Assembly: GCA_025201805.1 (NCBI GenBank)
Contig: MU619244.1
Coordinates: forward strand, 126,044 to 190,043
DNA from: Parasitella parasitica NRRL 2501
Lineage: Eukaryota > Fungi > Mucoromycota
DNA: 64,000 bases
Direction: 5' to 3'
Below, piece after piece: positions 23,838 to 35,992 of this stretch. Under the pieces are notes generated by a model that did not search any database, had not been told where the DNA came from, and was given only the letters and a program-made list of their open reading frames with translations. The translations under genes were made by a program, and so were the position numbers. Position 1 is the first letter of the stretch. The number at the start of each line of letters is the position of its first letter.

Positions 23838-25663
23838 TCAATGATTGTGGTGGATGGTACTTGCTTTTCTTTTGCGGTTGGTGTGGGTATCCATAATTGT
23901 TGCTATTTCTTTGTCAGAAAGGGCTGGCATAAGTGATGATTGTTGATCCGTTTTCTGGTCGACGCACAAGCTCCAGAAGGCTGAGGAAACAATTGCCAAT
24001 TGGTCGGCTTGTGCGATGGAAAGTGGAAGTTCTTTCAAAGACATTGGCAACTGAATATGGGCAATTCGACCATTGGATAGAAGCCATTTCTTGTACCATC
24101 ATTCGAATAGAACGTCGCATGATGTTCTTATTAAACAGGATGAGAATCAAAGAAAAAGTACTAACATGTCTTTTTTTTTTTTTGCATTCAAAATAAAAAC
24201 AGAAAAACTTACCAACGACAAGAAACGACAGGACAAATAACGACAGGACAAATTTGGATACGATACGTATCAATAGCGTTCTTTGCAAAAAGCGCCAATC
24301 GCACCAAGTCTTTTCCGATTAGCTTGTGATTCAGCGCCTGGGATGCCAATTTCACTTCTCCATATCCTACAGTTTGCCCGATCTCTGTGCCTGTCACCAT
24401 GCTAATTGTAGAATCAGGTCTGGCCAGTAGAAATGGCATCTCACTGGATTTGCATGCACTCGTCATTGGCAACAGAAGCTCTAGAGTACGCGAAAATGAC
24501 AAAAAAATTGAGCTTGCGTTTGACTGACATTTTTCTTTTCATATCACCGAAACATGACATGCTTCATGAAGTTTTCCAACAATGGATTGACAGCCGGAGT
24601 GGCATATTTTTTAATCAACTCCAATTCATCAACCTTCTGACTGATTAGTTCCAAAGGTGATTGTTCAAGTCTACAGGCATATGTTAATTGACATATTATG
24701 AATAAACGCTATGACTTGCGTTCTTCCTTATTCGCCCTTACAGATTTCGAACGCAAAAGAGTATCCTGTTGTGGACATCGTTGCTGATTACCATGAGAGC
24801 CATCAGTTTTTGAGAATCCTGGAACTCTGTAATCTTCTTTCTGATGCAATTTTACATAACTGATAAATAAGCTACAGCCATTTTTTTCACTCTCTTGATT
24901 ATACCTTTATATATTTCCTAGTTGCTAAAGCATCTCCAGTAGTTAGGGTTTTATCACGCAAGTTGGCCATGGTGCTTCCTGTCTGTGTATCACGTTTAGG
25001 GACAGTTACTAAGGGTACATGGAAAGTAGGGTCGAGTTTTTACGATTTTTTCAGCATCAAGCCGAGCATACTGATCAAATTCGCACGACCGAATGCCAGC
25101 AAATATTCAATAAGGCCTTCACATATTTCACGTCCTATGAACTGGTGAAGGTCACTGTTGGTGCGGGATGGCTTTTACAAGAGGATTGATAACAATGCCA
25201 AGACGTGCTGGACATGGGATTCGTACGTCAAGAGACGCGGCTCGTCAATGATCGTTTTCGCATATTAGCGAAATTCATGAAACCCCTTGGTAATGTCGAT
25301 GTTCTGAAAGACAAAATGGTCATCGTCTGGGCAACAAAAGATCCAGCCTAACTTGATGATATCGTCAGGTGCAGTAATGATCCTAAAACAAATGAAATTT
25401 AGAAAACCAAAGCCATTGCCCATACAAAATATTTCAAAATGCCCATTTTCAGGTTGAGATGCCATTACATGGCTCAAGTCACATTGCTTTCGCAGTTCTT
25501 CTTTCATTACGAAGGTCTCCTTACAAGAGACACAGCTGCAATGAACCACGATGGAGTAGCCAAGTCGCTCATATTTTTGAACATTCGCTTTTTCTGATGA
25601 ATAGCAGCGATGTGGTCCACGGCTTTTTAATTCGACTGATACGACCTGCCGCAATAAGGACAT
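23838..25663 (-). pseudogene. Decayed gene with an N-terminal Cys/His Zn-finger-like segment and a C-terminal PD-(D/E)xK restriction-endonuclease-like motif
   Basis: Fragmented ORFs: CVSCKETFVMKEELRKQC..H; ARPDSTIS...VGYGEVK...KDLVRLALFAKNAID; frameshifts and stops between them. Confidence 0.55.
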
Positions 25664-26135
25664 GGTTTTTTCAACAAAATAATGGTTTCGTTGGAATTTA
25701 CAATATCACTAGAGGACATAGTTTTTGTACCTCTGCGAACGAACAACAACTATGGATAGCCCTTGTTTTTTTTTTGTTTTTGTTTTTTTTTGGCGATTTT
25801 TTAGGTTTGATTCAACTTGTGAGACTCAATGATGATTTTACTTGAATTTATGGTACTATTTGCAAACCAATCACTTGAATACTTAAAGTTGTGTTATATC
25901 TTTAATGGTTCGATTACCTAAGGTTTGAGTATACGGTACCAATGTGATTTTATCCCTTTCTTTTTTGTGGTAACCATACTTTTCCCGCATCTTCACAAGC
26001 GGTAAAACATGTACGTGGGGAAAATTCTACACTAAAAAGAAACCAATTAAAGTTTCCGGGAAGAAAAAGAGAAAAGACTCAAGTCCAAAGTTAGTGCTGT
26101 TCAAGTACCTTTATCTCTTTTAAAATATTATAATC

Positions 26136-27305
26136 ATGTCCACTGAAACTATTGATCAACTGTTGTATGCTATTGCCAACATTTCTCATGTCGAAAGACC
26201 TTGTCTTGAAAACCTTTTGACTATCAAAAAGCTGGAAATTGCAAAAGAACCTGTTGACAAGGAACATCATGAAGCTCTTTCCAAGATGTAAGTAAAAGAA
26301 GCAGATTAATTCAACAACAAATCCACACTATTTCCTTAAAAAAAAATTAACCTTTGCGATAGTACCATGTGGGAGAATGAATTGATTAGTTTGAATTCTT
26401 GGACTTTTCAATGGGCCGTGATGAAGATTACTGTAAGTTAATCAAGTGGAAATAGTTTGGATTTCTCAAGGACGTAAGCTAAATGTATGTGATAGTGCAG
26501 TTTGCAAGCTGAAAAGGACCGTGCTACTGAGGGCCTCAAAAAGGCAAATGCTCTTGTCCTTGAAACCGAAAAGAAGGTTCAAGAAGAGAAGGACAAGATC
26601 CATGAAGTGGAGATTTCAAATGAGAAATATTCAGTGGATTATAGATCACTTCAAAAATACCGCGAAGACATCTCTGTGCTGCTGGACAGCGTAAGTGCTT
26701 TCTATGTAAGCCAACGTATATCGTCTAATATGGTTTTTGGAGCAGGCATTGACGGGTAGTTTCCCCAGTGTGGAGATTTTACATAAAGGCATCAAAGAAA
26801 CAAAAGACAAGTCTGCAGAGGTAAGGACAGGAAGCATGCTTCTAAAAGGTTTTGCTAAACCAGAATATGGTAGAAATTCGACAAGATTACCAAGCTTGAA
26901 AAAGTAAAGGAACTTCTCAAGACAGCTGATTTTGCTTTGTTGGAGGCTATTCTTGAGCTGCGTCAATCATCCGTCAAGGAACATTTAGTCGGGGAGGGCA
27001 AAGTTTATTTCCCCCAGGCTGCTTACGATTGTCTTATTCGAGCCCGCGAGGAATATCCTGAGCTTCCTGGATTCAATTCGCCCACTGAATACGTCAACGA
27101 AGCTGACAATACAGGAGCATACTATTCTCCCATGCAAAAATACTTGTGGGATGTTCGTCGAAGACTGGCTGAACTTATTTTGTGGTGTGATAGTGAGGCA
27201 CTTGTTCAGTTAGCAGAAGAAACCGAAATTCAGATTGAACTAGGATCCAAGATTGACGAGTATGACTTTGAAAGACGCAGAATCATCAAGGAAGGGCTGA
27301 ATTAG
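26136..27305 (+). CDS. Hypothetical coiled-coil protein, about 6 exons
   Basis: ATG at 26136 (MSTETIDQLLYAIANISH); short GT-AG introns link the ORF pieces at 26502-26690 and 26944-27305. Confidence 0.7.
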
Positions 27306-27385
27306 ATCAAAAAGACAATATACATAATACTATATCCTTTATAATGATAATAATAAAGTAAATAATTGATAATAATATGGGTATT

Positions 27386-30007
27386 TTACACTTTAATCAG
27401 CGTCGTTACTTTGACGCTTCCATCTGCACTTCCCAGCAAGCATGCACTCGATGAATGTGTCCAATCTACAGTGGTAATGTTCTGGTATATTGGCTGCTTT
27501 CCAAACTGTAGCACAGAAGGATTCTCTGACTCGGATATGCGATATATTGAGCCATGCACTGAATCTGCTTCTTTTCCTTGGGCAGCGCAAAGAACATAAT
27601 CTGTATCAGCACTGAATGCAACCATTTGAGAACGAGGTGTCACTGATAATAAAGACTGTGTTACGCTATCTTCTATTGATTTAGCAGATGAGGTCGATGA
27701 TTTTGATTTGCTTGGAAAAGTAGCTGGAGGCGGAAAGCCATCTAATGGACTACTGAAGATGCATGTTCCAGGTTTATGAATCGACCATTGGGATAGCTAG
27801 CAAGACTAGATTAAGCAACTTGTATACACTCACTATAAAAAAGCAACCGCAATTCAACTTACTTGTCCATTATCACTCACTGCGTAAATAGAGTTCTCGT
27901 CAAAGCTAAACTGAGCAGTGCAAGAGGGCGGTGCTTTCCACTCTATAATTGATTTCATGCTTCGGATATCTGTCATCAAGGCGTTAGTACCAACTATTTG
28001 CTTGCTTTTGCTACCATTTCGATTTTACCAAATATACGCATCAAGCCAGCAGAGTCTCCAGCAACCAGCATTTGACCATTGTGATTAAGTTTAATTGTAT
28101 TTACAGTTGCTTCTGACTCATCATTGTCGAATTGAAATGTACCCTGCATATTTAAATATCAGACATTGAGCAATGAGACACCATTATCTCTGCGTGCGAT
28201 TATAACTTACGCAAGCCGATAGAGACTTCATACTCCATGCTACAAGCGCTCTTGATTTTGCTCCTGACCCAGCGCACACAAAAATAGGCTCAACAGGGCT
28301 TGATGATAGCTGATCAACGCTAGGAGCCGTTACTGCTGTTACTATAAGCTTGTAGTAGTATATGCAAATTGTATAGTTACCGAGAGTAGCTTTCATCCAT
28401 CATAAATTCCTGTACCACAGCTTTCGAATCGACGTTGTACACTCGAATCAATCCTGCATCCGTTCCCAAATACAACTATAAAGCGACATTTAGTTGGCAA
28501 AGAGCGAGAGAATGAGTAGTAAAACTCACAAATCGATCCGATCTAGCATCCCACTCCAAAGACAGCACGTTGGAAGAGGTATTTTTGATCTTCAAAGGAT
28601 TAAATGATTGTCCCTTGTAACTCCATATCCTATGGGTCGACATGTCAGACTCTGCTCAAGACGTCAATTTATCAGCCTGTACCTCACAATATTGTCCATA
28701 TCGCAGCTTGCTATCAAATCGCCTTGAGTTGAAAACTTGGCATGCGTGATTGCAGATGCATGCTCAGAGAATTCCTCCTGATTTACAACCAAAAACGGCT
28801 CATCATCATGCTTTGATGAATCCTGACTGAGTGCCGACGGAGCGCTTTTGTGTGTCGATTCCGAAATTGATTTCTTTGGTAAGTTTAGAAAAGTATTGGT
28901 ACCACCAATAGCAGCACCGTGTATGGAGGCGATGGATGTAGCTGCTGACTTGAGAGTTTTCTGATCGTTCTGCTGTGCCGAAGAAGCAGCTCTTCTGCGA
29001 ATAAGCGATATGCCGTCTGTCATTTCCTTTCTTGTTTCCACTACCTCATGTTTCAGCTTGGCAATATCATTTTCGCGAGCCTCCAAGGTGGCCTTTTGAT
29101 TTTCGACTGTTGATTTCAACGTTTCAATCTCGGTTTGCTGTGTTTTACGTTGAATACGGTCAATATTGAACGAGAGAAGGCTTGGAAGTGCTATTTACTG
29201 GTGAATACTTGATAGGTTAAAACGGTACCAACTTACGCATGTTTTGAAAAGTTGTGGCCAGAAAATTATGTAGCGAAATTGTATAGTTATCGACCCACTG
29301 TTTGGAAAAGAATGTTTCAAATGTTGTGTCGTTGGATGGATTTTTCATGTAGGGCAGAGCTATGGTACACATCACATCAGTAGGCTTCAATCGATTCTGT
29401 ACTGCGAATACTGACCAAACCATTGCGACCATTCTGGCTTTCCATGCAATTCGGGTCCATAGATGTCAAAAAATTCTATGACTTTGTCTCTTTTTTTATG
29501 TTGCATAGCTAAAACAAGGGGCCATTAGTGTCTCTGGCTTATTTGTATACTTGCACAAACAAATCCAGTTTACCATGTATCAGATAGTGCCTTAATAAGC
29601 AAAGCTCAAACTTTTTTATTGTGCGTTGGAATCGACTGTCCAACCGAGAGAAAAAGCGAAGATCAAGGTATCGATAATAGTCTATTAATGCTTGTATGTC
29701 TCCACTGGCAACAGCTCCCAGCAGCTCTTCGATGATTTTGTCTACCTAGAATGTCATGGCAAAGGTTTAGGATGAGTTTTCGTCTCGACAGAGGGTGAGT
29801 AAAAGCATCATTTACTTGGAAGCCTTTGTCTTTATCGGTGCGAATTTCAGACTCTAAAGCTCGAAACGTCGCTGTAAAGCCTCGAAACTAAAGCAGCAAA
29901 GTTAAAAAAAAAAACCCCCCTTCTAGAGGAGAAGGCAGTCGAGTGCCTTGTGAATTTACCAGTAAATATTCTTTTACAAGCTCGTCAACTTGGTATAGTG
30001 AGTTCAT
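27386..30007 (-). CDS. WDR91: WD repeat protein 91 homolog
   Basis: N-terminal VDELVKEYLL-FRGFTATFRALESE..DKDKGFQVDKII, ALPYMKNP..FSKQW..ISLHNFL, followed by WD40 repeats (EHASAITHAKFS, GSADGSVKV). Confidence 0.88.
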
Positions 30008-30537
30008 GGATACTTTATATGTCTGTATCGGCAAGATGTTTGTAAAGTATGGTAAACAGCAGGAAAAAAGGGGGAGCCTTTTCGTTGACTTGTCTTGCCT
30101 CTGTCTGTCTTTTTAGTCACGCGTGTAAAGGGGGGGGGGTGTACTTACACTGCCACTGCTAAATTGCACCAGCCAAATTTTATTTCGTTTAATGATGCTA
30201 TCGCATGAATTACGACATTTTTATGTCTGCATGGACTGTGGAGACTCAGCTACCGTAGAAGCGATAAACCTATGGGAATCGCTATTGAATTGATTAAAGG
30301 CAGGCGAATCTGCGCATTTTACTTGCAGACAAGGGTTTTGGTAACGAGGTGTAAAAAATACGGTGGAGACTTTTGATATCATATAATCAAACTTTTGAAA
30401 TTATGGTTTAAATAATACTATTTTTATAGTTTTTTTTTTTCTTATAGGCAATCTGGACAATAAAGAAGCAAATAAAAGGGAGACTAATGGAGGGAGGGAG
30501 GGGCTGGGGGAGGAGTACGTTTGTCATTGTGCATTAA

Positions 30538-32313
30538 TTAAATGTTGTTACCTCCAGCGCTGTATTGATCATACAATTGCTTCTGTGCCGCAATAGCAGC
30601 CTGCTGGTTCCATTGAGCAGCATGGGCAGCAGCAACAGCAGAACCGGCATGAGGATCAAGGCTGGGGATGTTGACACCATTGTTGTGGAACGCATAACCG
30701 TTAGTCAGATGCGCTGGAACTCCAAACACGCTGTTGCTTTGAGCATTGTTGCGGTGGTTTCCTCTTCCACCATATTGCATTTGAGGGCCATTATTCCAGT
30801 TTTGCTGCTGTTGCTGCTGTTGCTGGTGATAGCCTCCGTAGTTCTGCCACCCTGGTGGTGGGCGATCTTTACCCCAAGACAACTGCAAAAGCCATCAACA
30901 CGCAAAGAAAACAGCACAGAAAATTATGTTTGATACGTACCTTAGCATTACTCCCATTGATATTGATATTCTGCAAATGGACGATGGCATTAGCAGCATT
31001 TTCATGGGTATCCATCCTATTTTTTACATTGGTTAAAGTGCTCCGTGCGTGCCCCATCATTTTTAGTGTTTATCAACTTACTTTACAAATGCAAATCCAC
31101 GTTCAGCTTGGAGCTTGACTTCCTGGACATACCCAAGCCTCTGAAAAGGTTGAACCAACTCAGTTTCTGTGTAGAAAGAGAAACGTCAGTATATTTTCAA
31201 TCGACCATCGCATCTGGCAACGTACGGCTCACGTTGGGAGGCAAATTGCCAACATAAATACTAGTGACATAGGCGGGTGTTTGGTTAATGACAACCTCAT
31301 AAGGCAATTGTTGACCTGGTTGAGGTGCAGGTGTAGCTGTTTGGCCTAATGCAACAAATAATTAAGCAAAAAGACACAGGCAGAGTACGTGTACGCCCTC
31401 TATATGCATACCCTTTTGATTAGCCCAATTGCAACGGATAGCTCTAGATCCCAGCCATTCGCCATTCATGGTGGCAATTGCTTGCTCGGCATCTGTCTTG
31501 TCTCTAAAAGCAACAAAACCAAAACCTCTGGATTTGCCAGAGACAGGATCCCACATGACATGGGCCTCACTAGAGGATTCATTAGGCCCCATTTTTTGTA
31601 TACTATAAATAACTTACGACATGGACCCAAATACAGAGAAGGCTTGCAAAAGCGCCTCGTCCGTGATTTCCTGTGCAATATCGCCAACAAAGACATGAAA
31701 GTGATTCGCCGTGTCTTCCTTTGCAACAGCGTTTGACTGCTGTGCCCAGTTTGCTCTGATTTCCTATGTACAGAATGCGTATTAATTGTATGCTTTTTTT
31801 TTTTTTTTTTTTGCATGTAAGGATGCTAGCGTGCTTACATGGTTGAAAATTTTTTTGCCATTCATGTCTTGGATTGCTTGATCGGCAAATCTCTGTTCGA
31901 CAAATTCTATGAAGGCATAATTCACACCTGCCTACACAATGATATAATTTGTTAGAATCCGATATCCTTTCCCAAATCAGCCATTTCGTACATAAGAAGT
32001 GTGTCTTCTAACCTGCAGTTTAAACACCAAAGTATTAGCATCTGTTTACCACTACTGCCCAGCACAGATAAAACTTACAGATACGACCTTGACGCTCACC
32101 ACAGGGCCAACTGTCGCAAAGATTTCGTGTAACATGGTATCAGTGACTCTACACCCATCAATTGAAGCGTTTAAAATGTGATGCAAACAATACGTCGCTG
32201 CAATGCTTCTTTTACCTCTGATCAAGATTACCGACATAAATGGTGTTTGCAGGATTACCGGATAAATCCTCCATAGGTACGACATTACCAGTTTCAGTAG
32301 CAGAAGCTGACAT
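30538..32313 (-). CDS. PUB1: Pub1/TIA-1-like triple-RRM poly(U)-binding protein with Q/N-rich tail
   Basis: [75 protein letters not shown], prion-like Q/N tail. Confidence 0.88.
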
Positions 32314-32358
32314 TTTAACGTAGTAAAGATGTAAGAAAAGATGAAAAACAGATGTCTG

Positions 32359-32423
<65 letters not shown>
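32359..32423. repeat. 65-nt poly(A) run (poly-U on the PUB1 sense strand)
   Basis: Directly visible. Confidence 0.95.
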
Positions 32424-32425
<2 letters not shown>

Positions 32426-33367
32426 AGAAAAATCAAGTACTTTTCTTGGTTCTTGTCAGTTTTGTGTATTGTTTTTCTTCGTTTCTTTCTCTTCTTTGTA
32501 GTAAAAAAACGGAAGGTTGAGGAAGAAACAGGAAAGAAGAGAAGAAGCTCCACCCGATACCTCCTTCAGGTTATAACCGCATTTACAAGTGACGTGGAGC
32601 ATCCCCGGAGTTTTTCTACATTGTTCCTAATGTTGATTTATCTGTGAAAGTGTACATCGATAAGACTTTGAACGCCTCAAAAAAAAAAAAAAGGCTACCC
32701 ACTTGTTATTTGCATGGATGAAAATTAAACACTGCAATTTGACTCTTCGCCTAAATTTTCAGGCCTGCCGTAGGCCCCAAAATGTGTACATAATATGCTT
32801 AAAAAATGAAGGCATGTGCTTGATGTCTGGCCAAGAGGCTTTTGTTTCTTTATGGGATTAGTTGCTGAGTACACATAGCAGGCTCATATGCAGTCAAATT
32901 TCATACATCTTTTGAGGATGCCTTGCATCTGGAAGACAGCCTCGCAAGAAAAGCTTGATCGACATTTGTCATGTAGTAAACTACCGCGTTTGATAGGCTC
33001 TAGTCAAATGCATCCCATATGCCCCAATATAGAAATCCCGTATTTGCGGGCATACACCACATTATGCAATGTTTAAAGATCAAGTTGAGCCATACACCAA
33101 GTGAAATGACCTGGATAGAAAGATCAAACAATATCAATGGTTGTTCTCTTTTTATTTAGTTATTTATTTATTTTTTCGCCTCCAATTTGTTGGTACACAT
33201 CAACAAAAGCATGCTGAAAAGGGGGGAGCATGTCATTGGGGTGGGATCAATGTAGTACTACTGTAAAATCTCAAATCCTATTGTGGTACATACATTTGGA
33301 TAAAACGGAGATGTCTTGATCGATCCAGGCATACATCTTTTTTCTTCCCTCTCTACTACATTTCAAC

Positions 33368-34082
33368 ATGGTTTTTTGTGTCGGATCAAGAAAGCCAATC
33401 CAAAGAAAGATAGTCGTTGTAGGCGATGGTGCATGCGGAAAGACATCTCTCTTAAATGTCTTTACTAGAGGCTATTTTCCTCAAGTATGTTTTGGCAGCT
33501 TTCATCTGATGTGTACTAATGCCTCTAGTTTAGGTTTATGAGCCCACCGTGTTTGAAAATTACTTGCAGGATGTCGAAGTCAATGGAAAAATCGTACAAT
33601 TATCGATATGGGATACAGCTGGCCAAGAAGAGTTTGACCGTCTGCGATCTCTGTCATACAATGATACCCATGTTATCATTGTTTGCTACTCTATCGACAA
33701 TAGAGATTCACTGGAAAACATCCCAAATAGATGGATAGAGGAATTACAAGAAGGGTGTCCCTATGCGAAAACAATTTTAGTTGCTTTAAAATGCGACCTT
33801 AGAGATGATGAGGTTGCTTTAAAAAAGATAAAGCCAGTTATGTTTGAAGAAGGATTGCAGATAGCTAGAAATATCAAAGCTATAAGATATCTTGAATGCT
33901 CTGCGAAGCACAATCGAGGCGTACTAGAATGCTTTGAACAGGCAGCTAAAGTTGCAACGTCAGGTGAGTAAATATTTACTTTAGGCATGTGGAGTATTGT
34001 CATTAACTGCATATTTTCCCTTACAATCGCAGTCAAATTACAAGATCAAGCTCATCAACAGAAATCGTGTATCATTTTGTAA
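33368..34082 (+). CDS. RHO3: Rho3-type small GTPase
   Basis: N-terminal Cys (MVFC), [58 protein letters not shown]-terminal CaaX CIIL; two introns. Confidence 0.92.
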
Positions 34083-35388
34083 GAAAGAAGCCCCATAAAA
34101 TATCTATACCCGTTCTATACCTAAATACCATTTACCCACCAATAAAGAAAATATACAAAAGCCTTTACGACCATAACGAATACATGCTAATCAAAATTTG
34201 TAATTATGTATAATAAGCAATGATGCTTTTATATTTATATGTATGTAATTTCTTTTGTTTTACATATATTAAAAAAAAAAAAAAATAACCTAGCATCACC
34301 ATAATTTCTCCTCCTTTAACTGTAATTTAACAACGTGCACGCAGAATCTTCTTTATTTAAAATTTATTGTTTTTAAACGAGAGACTCTTTGCTCATTTCA
34401 TTTATGATTTGAAGGCCACATAACGTTATACAGCTTTACAGAAAAGGCCTCAGAATAAAATATCATACAAGATAGTATTTACAACTAACATTTAGCAACA
34501 CACTTCTTATTGATTGCATAGACACCAAGCTCTAAATGCAAGATTGGTATGACAGCTTTTCAAAAGCGTCTCCTCACTTTGTGTAGAACTACACATTGCA
34601 TCGCCATGGCATCAATGCATCTATTCTTTTGCCCCTGAATTTTTGACCAATGTAGATCACTCAGGGCAGTCAAGCTACAAAGTACTTTTCAGCACCAGCC
34701 TTTCCATAGTATGATATTTGGTGGGGAGACCATGTCAATAAAGAAAACCACATCAATATGTAAGATATTCCTGTCTTTAATTGAGTAAAACCTCTGATTT
34801 GACGGTAAAGACCTATTAAAGGCAATTTATTACTACCGTACCTTGAGACACCAAAGCTAGCCCTCGAAGCCTTGGGAATCAAAGAGTGCCTAGACCATTT
34901 CACTAACTGTGTAATTAAATCAATGTGAACACAAAAGAGCTTTTTACTATAGGGTTTTACTTTAAAATTAAACGATTGTACACTTTTAGAAAGAGCATAT
35001 TAATTTTGTGGCAAGTAAAAATCAAAATTTAGAGAGAGGATTAAACATAGAAGGCATTAAGAAAAGATAAGTAAAGAAAGAGCCATTGATTTATAAATCC
35101 TCTCATAGTTTGGAATATAAAGTTATGTTAACTAGTCAGTTTTGCTTTCTAACCGCGTGAAGCTTTAAAAGCAGTTGGTATCTTAAGCTTCCGTTCAAAT
35201 GACATGCACGGTGTAGTCGCAGTTTGACGTTAATATTCGTTTTAGTATTTACGATTTCATAACCCTATTTCCTGGGTGTGAGTGGGAAAAATCATTGTTC
35301 TACGGTACAACGCAATACTATAAAAATCTCAGTACTTGATTACATTTTTTTTCTTTCATCTAAATCTCTACTATTAAATAATCGAGAA

Positions 35389-35955
35389 ATGTCAACCAAT
35401 ACAGAGAACAAAAATGGTATTGTCAATCACAACTATTCCAAAAGATCTGAACCGCTAGGTGGCTTCAAATCAATGGAGGCATTTTATCCATTTTATCTGG
35501 GTGAACATTGTAATAAAGCAAACAGAAGATTACACATCATCGGTAAACAGTGATACATTTTTGATTCATTACTCTTTGCTCCTGGATCGTTGTCATGGTA
35601 ATTAACTGTTTATTTCAGGTACAACTATTACATTTATCCTCACTCTTTTCGCCATTAAACGTCGTGAGCCCAAGTTACTTTTGATTGGCATTATCCAAGG
35701 TAAGGCTATCATATAATAGAATTACGAGTATATGATGAACTTTCTAAATTTTACAAAAAGGTTATGCCTGGGCTTGGGTTGGTCATTTCTTGTTCGAGAA
35801 AAAGTAAAGTTTGTTTTTAGGAAAAAAGTAAAATTCCTGCAATTAACAAGTATGATACGCGTAGTAAGCCTGCAACTTTCAGATACCCAGTTTGGTCTTT
35901 TCGAGGTGATATGAGAATGTGGCGTGAAATTATGACAGGCAAACGCGCTTTTTAA
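35389..35955 (+). CDS. Mpo1-like / DUF962 small membrane protein, 4 exons
   Basis: FKSMEAFYPFYLGEHCNKANRRLHIIG, GYAWAWVGHFLFEK, KPATFRYPVWSFRGDMRMW. Confidence 0.85.
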
Positions 35956-35992
35956 TATGTGAATACGATGGATCATGATGCTAATAAAGTAA

